A stretch of 64,000 bases of DNA from the human T2T-CHM13v2.0 reference genome, Homo sapiens. The notes beneath the pieces were generated by a model that saw only the letters and a list, made by a program, of their open reading frames with translations, was not told the origin of the DNA and did not search any database. The stretch lies in assembly GCF_009914755.1 (NCBI RefSeq), contig NC_060925.1. One strand, given 5' to 3'. Shown here piece by piece: positions 13,301 to 25,348 of the stretch. Within the stretch, counting starts at the first letter, position 1. Each line of letters starts with the position of its first letter. The position numbers and the translations under genes are program-made.

Positions 13301-16074
13301 TAAAATGCCTGGGGTCACCCAGCTGTCTCTATCCTGAAAATGCCTGAGGTCATCCAGGACTTTCTCCCATTAAAACTCCTGAAGTCACCCAGGTGTCTCT
13401 ATCATTAGAATCCCTAAAGTAGGCCAGGAGTTTCCACCATTAGAATGCCTGAAGTTGCCCAGGTGTCTCTAACGTTAGAATGGCTGGAGTCAGCTGGGAA
13501 TCTCTCCCATTATAATGTTTGTGATAGTCCAGGTATCTCTATCATTAGAATGCCTGGGGTCAAGAAAAACTTCCATTAGCATGCCTGGGGTTTCCCAAAT
13601 GTCTCTATCATGAGAATGCTTTGGGTCATCCAGGAGTCTCTTCCATTAGAATGCCTGGGGTCGCCAAGGTGTTTCTATCATTAAAATACATGGGGAGGGC
13701 CCGGAGTCTCTCCCATTAGAATGCCTGGGGTCATCCAGCTGTCTTTATCATAAGAAAGTTTGGGGTCAGCCAGAAGTTTCTTTCATTATAATGTCATGGG
13801 TCGGCCAGGTCTCTGTCATTAGAATGCTTTCAGTCAGGCAGGAGTCTCTCATTAGAATGCCTGGAGTTGGCCAGGAATCTTTCCCATTAGAATGCCTGGG
13901 TTCACCCAGGTTTCTTATTTATTAGAATGCCTGGAGGTGCCCAGGTGTATTTACTATTAGAATGATTGGGGTTGCCCAGGTGTCTCTATCACTGGAATGC
14001 CTGGGGTCGGCCAGAAGTCTCTCCTGTTAGAATGCCTGTGGTTGTTCAGGTGTCTCTATCATTTCAATGCCTGCTGTTAGCCAGGAGTGTCTCCGATTAG
14101 AATGCCTGCCTTCACCCAGGTGTCTCTATCATTAGAATGCCTGGAGTCATCCAGTTGTCTCTATCATTAAGATGCCTGCAGTCAGCCAGGAGTCTGTCTT
14201 ATTAGACTGCCTGGAGTCACTCAGGTGTCTCTATCATTAAAATGTTTGTAGTCACCCAGTTGTCTCTATCATTACAATGCTTGTGATCAGCCAGGCGTGT
14301 CTCCTATTAGAATGTCTGGGGTCACCCAGGTTTCTCTATTACTACAATGCCTGTGGTCGGCCAAAAGTTTCTCACATTAGATTGCCTGGGGTCATCCAAG
14401 TGTCTCTCTTATTAGTATGCCCGAAGTCGGCCTCGAGTCTCTCCCATTAGAACGCCTGGGGTCTCCCAGATGCCTCTATCATTTCAATCCCTGGGGTCTG
14501 CCAAAAGCCTCTCCCATTAGAATGCCTGGGGTTGCTGAGGTGTCTCTATCATCAGAATGCTTGTGCTCGGCAAGCAGTCTCTCTCATTAGACTGTTTTGG
14601 GTGGCTTAAATGTCTCTATCATTACAATGACTAGGGTAAGACAGGCATCTCTTTAATTAGAATGCCTGTGGACACAGATGAGTCCCCATTATTACAATGC
14701 CTAAGGTTGCCCAGGTGTCTCCATCATTACAATGCCTAGGGTTGGCAAAGAGTCTCTCCCATTAGAATGTCTGGGGTGGCCCAGATGTCTCTGTCATTAG
14801 AATGGCTGGGGTCGGCCAGGAGTCTCTCCCATTAGAATGCCTGGTGTCACCCAGGTGTCTGTATCATTAGAATGCTTGGCATTGGCCAGGAGTCTCTCCC
14901 ACTAGAATGCCTGTGTTCACAAAAGTGTCTCTATCATTAGAATGCCTGGGGTTGTAGGGGTCGGGCAGACTGTCTTTCATTAGTATGCCTGGGGTCACCC
15001 AGTGTCTCTATCATTACAATGCCTGGGATGGGCTAGGAGTCTTTTCCATCGAAATACTTGGGGTGCCCTGGTGTCTATATCATTGGAATACCTGGGGTCA
15101 GCCATGAGCCTCTCCCATTAGAATGCATGGTGGCCCCGAAGTGTCTCTGTCATTTGAATGCCCAGGGTAAGCCAAAAGTCCCTTTCCCATTAGAATGCCT
15201 GTGGTATCCTGGGTTTCTCTATTATTAGAATGCCTGGGGTCAGCCATGAGCCTCTCTCATTAGAATGCGTGGTGGCCCCAAAGTGTCTCTGTCATTTGAA
15301 TGCCCGGGGTAAGCCAAAAGTCTCTTTCCCATTAGAATGCCTGTGGTGTCCTGGGTTTCTCTATTATTACAATGCCTGGGGTCAGCCAGGAGTCTCTCCT
15401 ATTAGAATGCCTGAGGCTGCCCAGGTGTCTCTATCATTAGAATGCCTGGGGTCAGCCAGGAGTCCCTCCCATTAGAATGCCTGAAATCGCCCAGCTATTT
15501 CTATTATGAGAATGCCTAGTGTGATCCAGGAGTCTCTCACATAAAATTCCTGTGGTCACCCAGGTGTCTCTGTCACTAGAATGCCTGGGGTTTCTAAGGT
15601 GTCTCTATCATTAGAAGGTTTGGGATCAGCCAGGAGTCTCTCCAATTAGAATCCATGGAGTCGCCCAGGTGTCTCCCATTAGAATGCCTGTGTTATTTCA
15701 GGTGTCTCTATCATTAGAATGCCTGCAGTCGGCCAGGGGTCTCTTCCATTAGAATGCATGGGTCCCCTAGCTGTCTCTATCATTAGAACGCCTGGGGTCA
15801 ACCAGGACTGTCTTCCATTAAACTGCCAGGGGTGGTCCAGATGGCTCTATCATGAGAATGCTTTGAGTTTTCCAGCAGTCTCTCTCATTAGAGTGCCTGG
15901 GGTTGCCTAGGTGTCTTTATTATTGGAACAACTAGGCAGAGGCCAGAGTCTCTTCCCCTTAGGATGCCTGGAGTCGCCCAGGTGTCTCTATCATTAGACA
16001 TAATATGTCTATCATTAGACATAAAATGTCTGGCGTTAGCCAGAAGTTTTTCCCATTAAAATGCCTGGGTTCTT

Positions 16075-16158
16075 GGAGGCGGAGGTTGCAGTGAGCCAAG
16101 ATCGCGCCATTGCACTCCAGCCTGGGAGACAAGAGCGAGACTTCGGGAAAAAAAGAAA
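16075..16158 (+). mobile_element. 5'-truncated Alu (3' end of right arm plus short A tail), AluS-type (Sq/Sp-like)
   Basis: GGAGGCGGAGGTTGCAGTGAGCCAAGATCGCGCCATTGCACTCCAGCCTGGGAGACAAGAGCGAGACT followed by an A-rich tail. Degenerate flanking repeat AAAATGCCTGGGTTC / AGAAAGCCTGGCTTC. Confidence 0.88.
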
Positions 16159-18286
16159 GCCTGGCTTCATCCAGGTATTTCTATCATTAAAATACCTTTG
16201 AATGGCCTGGAGTCTCTCCCATTAGAGTGCCTTGGTTGCCCAGTGTCTCTATCATTACAATTCCTGGGGTTGGCCAGGAGTTTCTCCCATTAGAATGCTT
16301 GGGGTTGCCCAGGTGTCTTTATCATTAGAATGCCTGGGGTGGTCCAGGTGTCTCTATCATTAGACTCCCTGGGGTCAGAAAAAAGTGTCTCCCATTAAAA
16401 TGCCTGGGGTCACCCAGGTGTCTCTATTATTAAAATTCCTGCAATTGTCCGGGAGTCTCTCCCATTAGAATGCCTGCAGTCGCCCAGGTGTCTCTATTAT
16501 TAGAATGCCTGCAGTCGCCCAGGTGTCTCTATTATTAGAATGCCTGGAGTCGCCCAGGAGTCTCTATTATTAGAATGCCTGCAGTCGCCCAGGTGTCTCT
16601 ATTATTAGAATGCCTGGAGTCGCCCAGGAGTCTCTATTATTAGAATGCCTGCAGTCGCCCAGGTGTCTCTATTATTAGAATGCCTGGAGTCGCCCAGGAG
16701 TCTCTATCATTAAAATGCCTGTGGTCAGCCAGGAGTCTCTCCCATTAGAATGCCTGGGTCACCCATGTGTCTGTATCATTACAATGCATGGAGTTGGCCA
16801 AGAGTCCTTCCCATTAGAATGCCTGAGGTCACTGAGGTGTCTGCATCATTAGAATGCCTGGGGTTGCCCAGGTGTCTCTATCATTAGAATGCTTGGAGTC
16901 GCCCAGGTGTCTCTATCATTACAATGTCTGTGGTCGGCCAGGAGTCTCCCCCATTAGAATGCCTGGATTTGCCCAGGTTTATCTATCATTAGAATGCCCG
17001 GAGTCACCCAGGTGTCTCTATCATTAGAATGCCTGAAGTCGCCCAGGTGTCTCTACAATTAGAACGTCTGGGGTCGGCCAGAAGTGTCTTTCATTAGAAA
17101 GCCTGGGGTCACCCAAGTGTCTCTATCATTAGAATGCCTGGCATCGGCCAGAAGTTTCTCTCATCAAAATGCCTGTGGTCGTCAAGGTGTCTGAATCACT
17201 GGAATGACTGGCGTTGGCCAGAAGTCTCTCTTATCAGAATGCCTGGGGTCTCCCAGGTGTCTCTGTTATTGGAAGACTGGAGGTCGGCCAAGAGCCTCTC
17301 CCATTAGAATGCCTGAAGTCTCCCAGGAGTCTCTAGTATTAGAAGGTCTGACATCAGTCAGGGACCGCTCCCATTAGAATGCCTGGGGTCACACAGGTGT
17401 CTCTATCATTAGAATGGATAGAGAGCCGGAAGTCTCTCCCATTAAAATAGCTGTCCCTTCTGTCTGTCTCTTTCCCTCTCGCCTGTCTCGATCGCTGCCT
17501 CTATCCCTCCCTCGGTTTCTATCGCTCCATCCATCTCGTCCTACCTCTTCTTCAAGCCCTGTGTGTGTGTGTGAGCACGCGCACGCGTGCGAGAGCTCGG
17601 GTGTGTCTGTGTGTGGGGGAGTGGATTTCCTCCTGGTGGGATGTGTGTGTGTGTGTGTGCGCGCGCGCGCGCGTCTGCCCGCACGTGAGAGAGCACCCAG
17701 GTGTGTATTTGTGTGGGGAAGCAGATTTGCTCCTGGTGGTGGTGGGGTGTGTCTGGGTTTCTCTCAGCCCCTCACACCCAGGATCAGGCCGCCGCCTCTA
17801 GTGCCAGCCCGGGGCAAAGCAGGGCCAAACCCTGAACCGCTATAGCCCACGCCCTCTTGCCAATAGACCGGGTCTTGGTCGGGACAAGCGAACGTTGTGG
17901 GGGCGTTGTGAGAAAAACCCCCGCGAGGCTGGGCCGGCTGTTCGTCCTTGGGCCAGCCTTGACGGCTCTGGTTGGTTGGGGCAAGATGGGGCCTCGCAGG
18001 ATCTTCTGAGCGGCGAGGGATCCAAAACGATACATCCGCGACAGGGCGGAGGAATGGAAGGGGTCCCAGGATCGTGGGCCCTGGGCCGTGACGCCTCGGA
18101 GCACTCCCTGTTCCGAGCGGGCCGGATGTGGCAGGATCCCGGGAGCTCGGGAGCCACGGGAAGGCCGCGGGCGAGCGGCTCGAGGGTCCACGATCCGAGC
18201 CCCGCGGCCCTGGGCGGGCGGTGACAGCTGGAATCCGGCCGGCAAGGCTGGCCGGGCACTTGGGGGAGCCAGGCTCCTCTTCTGGC

Positions 18287-18397
18287 GCCTACGACCATAC
18301 CACCCTGAACGCGACTGATCTCGGAAGCTAAGCAGGGACGAGCCTGGTTAGTACTTGGATGGGAGACCGCCTGAGAATACCAGGTGCTGGAGGCTTT
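18287..18397 (+). pseudogene. RNA5SP19: 5S rRNA pseudogene (111 nt)
   Basis: GCCTACGACCATACCACCCTGAACGCGACTGATCTCGGAAG...GGAGGCTTT. Carries a 10-bp deletion of one GATCTCG repeat plus T2C, G8A, T62A, G65A, G98A, G106A and T114G. The symbol is assigned from remembered locus order, not verified. Confidence 0.85.
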
Positions 18398-18398
18398 T

Positions 18399-18724
<326 letters not shown>

Positions 18725-19263
18725 TGCTGTAGGCTTTTTTGGGTTTCCCGCTGCCTCCCTTCCCCCTGCAGTCGCCATGCTTCCGAACCTTCTCTGACTC
18801 TGCTCTCCCTTTATAGCACACCTATACCCCAGCGGCAGCCGGGGACATCCTACTTGGGGTCCCAGCTACTCAGGAGTTCAGAGGTGTCAGGGCCCAGGGC
18901 CCACGATCCTGGGACGCCCTCCGGTCCTCCGCCCTGTCGCGGAGGCAGCGTTTTGGATCCCTCGCCGCACAGGGGCTCCTGCGAGGCCCCCTCTTGCCCC
19001 ACCCACCCAGAGCCGTCAGGGCTGGCCGAAGGCGAACAGCCGGCCCAGCCGCGCGGGGCCTTTCTCTCACAACGCCCCCACCACGGTCGCTTGTCCCGAC
19101 CAAGACCCGGCCGGGGGGGCAAGAGGGCGTGGGGTGTAGCGGGTCGGGGGGTGGCCCTGTTTTGCCCCGGGCTGGCACTAGAGGCGGCGGCCTGATCTCG
19201 GGTGAGAGGGCCTGAGAGAAACCCAGACACACCCCACCGCCACCAGGAGCAAATCCACTCCCC

Positions 19264-19353
19264 CACACACAGACACACCCGGGCGCGCTCGCACGCGCGC
19301 GCGCGGACACACACACGCACACACGCACGCGCACACGCACGCACACACACGCG
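19264..19353. repeat. (CA)n/(CG)n compound microsatellite of the 5S spacer (present in every unit, length-variable)
   Basis: CACACACAGACACACCCGGGCGCGCTCGCACGCGCGCGCGCGGACACACACACGCACACACGCACGCGCAC... Confidence 0.9.
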
Positions 19354-19357
19354 GCTT

Positions 19358-19615
19358 GAAGGAGAGCAAGGACGAGATGGATGGAGAGATAGAAACCGAG
19401 GGAGGGAGAGAGACAGCGATCGAGAGAGACAGGGGAGGGCGAGAGGGAAGGAGACAGACAGAGAGGCTGAGAAAGAGAGAGGCACAGAGAAAGAGAGAGA
19501 GAGAGACAGAGAGACAGAGGGAAAACGACAGAAGTACCGCGAGGTCCAGGGGGAAACCCAGAAGAGAGAGGCGGAGGGAGCTAGAGAGCGAGAGCGATAG
19601 AGCCTTAGAGAGGAA
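19358..19615. repeat. GA-rich polypurine low-complexity tract of the 5S spacer (present in every unit)
   Basis: GAGAGAGACAGAGAGACAGAGGG-type sequence over ~250 bp. Confidence 0.88.
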
Positions 19616-20457
19616 GCGCCCGGCTCCGTTAGGCAGCGCCCTCTTGAGCAGGCCGGGATAGGGTGGAGGGGGCTTGGGCTGCGCCCAGAACACGGGGGCC
19701 AGGCGGTCCGTGCGAGAGGACCAACGGAGCGCTGAGGCGGGCGTCTTCTTGGATGAATTGCTTGCTTTGGAGGTGGGTTTCGTAGGCTCCTGCCTTTCTT
19801 GGCACCTCCCTGTGCTCTGGGTGCCTTGCGGCGGGCCCCGAGATTTGCAGAGCGCGCCCGCCCGTTTGGCGGGAGCCGTGGCACCGGGCGGGCCCGGAGG
19901 CCTGGGTCTCTGGCGAGTCCTCGGGACTGGAGTCGTCGACACGAAGCGGGGGGCATTGGGAATCCCGGGTGCACAGGGACTGTTTTCCCGGTGGCTGGCG
20001 AAGCAATGTCCTTCCCCCGGGTAAAGCAGCCCATGCGTTCCGGAGCCGACGTCTTGGCTGGCGTCTGTGGCACCCGCTGCCCCTGCCCGCCCCTTCACCC
20101 GGTTTGGAAGGGTGCGACGACGGCGCCCGATGGGTGAATTGAATCGCCTGGGCGTTCCGGGAGCGGGAAGGCACCGCGAACGGCAGGGAACCCAGCGGCT
20201 GCGCCTTTGGGGTCCGGCCCCCTGCCCTCCCAGGCTGGAGCCGGGCTCCTGGCGGGGCGGCGGCGAGGCGGAAGCGGTGGGATGCTGCTGCCCGGCCGGC
20301 GTGCAGTAGGGGCGGACCCCCAGCAGGAGGACCCCGGCTGCGGCTGCAGCGGGGGTGTAGGTGGGCGGTAAAGGGGGAGCAGAGTCAGGGGAGGTTGGGA
20401 AGCATGGCGACTGTGGGGGGAAGGGAGGCAGCGGGGAAGCCACAAAAGCCTACAGCA

Positions 20458-20898
<441 letters not shown>

Positions 20899-20918
20899 GC
20901 TGAAGGAGGCGCCTGGCT

Positions 20919-20930
20919 GCCCCAAGAGCC
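20919..20930 (-). promoter_or_regulatory. D box upstream promoter element of mammalian 5S genes (same position in every unit)
   Basis: GGCTCTTGGGGC exactly at -32..-21 from the 5S start. Confidence 0.88.
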
Positions 20931-22670
20931 CAGCCCGGCCCGGCCGTGCCCGCCGGATTGCAGCCGACACCGCCAGCCCGGGGCCGCGGGGCTCGGATCG
21001 GGGACCCCCGAGCCGCTGGCCCGCGGCCTTCCCCCGGCTCCCGCGCTCCCGAGCTTCCACCACATCGGGCCCGCTCGGAGCAGGGAGTGCTCCGAGGCGT
21101 CAGGGCCCAGGGCCCACGATCCTGGGACGCCCTCCGGTCCTCCGCCCTGTCGCGGAGGCAGCGTTTTGGATCCCTCGCCGCACAGGGGCTCCTGCGAGGC
21201 CCCCTCTTGCCCCACCCACCCAGAGCCGTCAGGGCTGGCCGAAGGCGAACAGCCGGCCCAGCCTCGCGGGGCCTTTCTCTCACAACGCCCCCACCACGGT
21301 CGCTTGTCCCGACCAAGACCCGGCCGGGGGGGCAAGAGGGCGTGGGGTGTAGCGGGTCGGGGGGTGGCCCTGTTTTGCCCCGGGCTGGCACTAGAGGCGG
21401 CGGCCTGATCTCGGGTGAGAGGGCCTGAGAGAAACCCAGACACACCCCACCGCCACCAGGAGCAAATCCACTCCCCCACACACAGACACACCCGGGCGCG
21501 CTCGCACGCGCGCGCGCGGACACACACACGCACACACGCACGCGCACACGCACGCACACACACGCGGCTTGAAGGAGAGCAAGGACGAGATGGATGGAGA
21601 GATAGAAACCGAGGGAGGGAGAGAGACAGCGATCGAGAGAGACAGGGGAGGGCGAGAGGGAAGGAGACAGACAGAGAGGCTGAGAAAGAGAGAGGCACAG
21701 AGAAAGAGAGAGAGAGAGACAGAGAGACAGAGGGAAAACGACAGAAGTACCGCGAGGTCCAGGGGGAAACCCAGAAGAGAGAGGCGGAGGGAGCTAGAGA
21801 GCGAGAGCGATAGAGCCTTAGAGAGGAAGCGCCCGGCTCCGTTAGGCAGCGCCCTCTTGAGCAGGCCGGGATAGGGTGGAGGGGGCTTGGGCTGCGCCCA
21901 GAACACGGGGGCCAGGCGGTCCGTGCGAGAGGACCAACGGAGCGCTGAGGCGGGCGTCTTCTTGGATGAATTGCTTGCTTTGGAGGTGGGTTTCGTAGGC
22001 TCCTGCCTTTCTTGGCACCTCCCTGTGCTCTGGGTGCCTTGCGGCGGGCCCCGAGATTTGCAGAGCGCGCCCGCCCGTTTGGCGGGAGCCGTGGCACCGG
22101 GCGGGCCCGGAGGCCTGGGTCTCTGGCGAGTCCTCGGGACTGGAGTCGTCGACACGAAGCGGGGGGCATTGGGAATCCCGGGTGCACAGGGACTGTTTTC
22201 CCGGTGGCTGGCGAAGCAATGTCCTTCCCCCGGGTAAAGCAGCCCATGCGTTCCGGAGCCGACGTCTTGGCTGGCGTCTGTGGCACCCGCTGCCCCTGCC
22301 CGCCCCTTCACCCGGTTTGGAAGGGTGCGACGACGGCGCCCGATGGGTGAATTGAATCGCCTGGGCGTTCCGGGAGCGGGAAGGCACCGCGAACGGCAGG
22401 GAACCCAGCGGCTGCGCCTTTGGGGTCCGGCCCCCTGCCCTCCCAGGCTGGAGCCGGGCTCCTGGCGGGGCGGCGGCGAGGCGGAAGCGGTGGGATGCTG
22501 CTGCCCGGCCGGCGTGCAGTAGGGGCGGACCCCCAGCAGGAGGACCCCGGCTGCGGCTGCAGCGGGGGTGTAGGTGGGCGGTAAAGGGGGAGCAGAGTCA
22601 GGGGAGGTTGGGAAGCATGGCGACTGTGGGGGGAAGGGAGGCAGCGGGGAAGCCACAAAAGCCTACAGCA

Positions 22671-23111
<441 letters not shown>

Positions 23112-24907
23112 GCTGAAGGAGGCGCCTGGCTGCCCCAAGAGCCCAGCCCGGCCCGGCCGTGCCCGCCGGATTGCAGCCGACACCGCCAGCCCGGGGCCGC
23201 GGGGCTCGGATCGGGGACCCCCGAGCCGCTGGCCCGCGGCCTTCCCCCGGCTCCCGCGCTCCCGAGCTTCCACCACATCGGGCCCGCTCGGAGCAGGGAG
23301 TGCTCCGAGGCGTCAGGGCCCAGGGCCCACGATCCTGGGACGCCCTCCGGTCCTCCGCCCTGTCGCGGAGGCAGCGTTTTGGATCCCTCGCCGCACAGGG
23401 GCTCCTGCGAGGCCCCCTCTTGCCCCACCCACCCAGAGCCGTCAGGGCTGGCCGAAGGCGAACAGCCGGCCCAGCCTCGCGGGGCCTTTCTCTCACAACG
23501 CCCCCACCACGGTCGCTTGTCCCGACCAAGACCCGGCCGGGGGGGCAAGAGGGCGTGGGGTGTAGCGGGTCGGGGGGTGGCCCTGTTTTGCCCCGGGCTG
23601 GCACTAGAGGCGGCGGCCTGATCTCGGGTGAGAGGGCCTGAGAGAAACCCAGACACACCCCACCGCCACCAGGAGCAAATCCACTCCCCCACACACAGAC
23701 ACACCCGGGCGCGCTCGCACGCGCGCGCGCGGACACACACACACACACACACACAGACACACACGCACACACGCACGCGCACACGCACGCACACACACAC
23801 GCGGCTTGAAGGAGAGCAAGGACGAGATGGATCGAGAGATAGAGACCGAGGGAGGGAGAGAGACAGCGATCGAGAGAGACAGGGGAGGGCGAGAGGGAAG
23901 GAGACAGACAGAGAGGCTGAGAAAGAGAGAGGCACAGAGAAAGAGAGAGAGAGAGACAGAGAGACAGAGGGAAAACGACAGAAGTAGCGCGAGGTCCAGG
24001 GGGAAACCCAGAAGAGAGAGGCGGAGGGAGCTAGAGAGCGAGAGCGATAGAGCCTTAGAGAGGAAGCGCCCGGCTCCGTTAGGCAGCGCCCTCTTGAGCA
24101 GGCCGGGATAGGGTGGAGGGGGCTTGGGCTGCGCCCAGAACACGGGGGCCAGGCGGTCCGTGCGAGAGGACCAACGGAGCGCTGAGGCGGGCGTTTTCTT
24201 GGATGAATTGCTTGCTTTGGAGGTGGGTTTCGTAGGCTCCTGCCTTTCTTGGCACCTCCCTGTGCTCTGGGTGCCTTGCGGCGGGCCCCGAGATTTGCAG
24301 AGCGCGCCCGCCCGTTTGGCGGGAGCCGTGGCACCGGGCGGGCCCGGAGGCCTGGGTCTCTGGCGAGTCCTCGGGACTGGAGTCGTCGACACGAAGCGGG
24401 GGGCATTGGGAATCCCGGGTGCACAGGGCCTGCTTTCCCGGTGGCTGGCGAAGCAATGTCCTTCCCCCGGGTAAAGCAGCCCATGCGTTCCGGAGCCGAC
24501 GTCTTGGCTGGCGTCTGTGGCACCCGCTGCCCCTGCCCGCCCCTTCCCCCGGTTTGGAAGGGTGCGACGACGGCGCCCGATGGGTGAATTGAATCTCCTG
24601 GGCGTTCCGGGAGCGGGAAGGCACCGCGAACGGCAGGGAACCCAGCGGCTGCGCCTTTGGGGCCCGGCCCCCTGCCCTCCCAGGCTGGAGCCGGGCTCCT
24701 GGCGGGGCGGCGGCGAGGCGGAAGCGGTGGGATGCTGCTGCCCGGCCGGCGTGCAGTAGGGGCGGACCCCCAGCAGGAGGACCCCGGCTGCGGCTGCAGC
24801 GGGGGTGTAGGTGGGCGGTAAAGGGGGAGCAGAGTCAGGGGAGGTTGGGAAGCATGGCGATTGTGGGGGGAAGGGAGGCAGCGGGGAAGCCACAAAAGCC
24901 TACAGCA

Positions 24908-25348
<441 letters not shown>

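Larger units (their letters stand above)
1..17450. repeat. Diverged 35-bp tandem satellite, HSAT4-like, with a 70-bp dimeric substructure
   Basis: Continuous monomers ATTAGAATGCCTGGGGTCACCCAGGTGTCTCTATC alternating with ATTAGAATGCCTGGGGTCGGCCAGGAGTCTCTCCC. The family name HSAT4 is from memory and needs RepeatMasker confirmation. Confidence 0.9.

Noticed and set aside
1598-15910. Short Cys/His-containing ORFs in the satellite (LECLG, YHYNAWG) resembling zinc-finger repeats
   Set aside because: The 35-bp period is not a multiple of 3, stops are frequent, and there is no C2H2 spacing or TGEKP linker. These are translations of satellite DNA.
15987-16031. 21-bp duplication TCTATCATTAGACATAA(T/A)ATG
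   Set aside because: An ordinary local slippage event with no further structure.
1-17450. CRISPR-like appearance of 35-bp repeats with a palindromic core
   Set aside because: Monomers are contiguous with no unique spacers, there are no cas genes, and the context is primate (Alu, 5S rDNA).
20444-20457. Apparent second, truncated 5S pseudogene fragment per unit
   Set aside because: Only 14 bp long and exactly flanking the Alu, so it is better explained as the target-site duplication.
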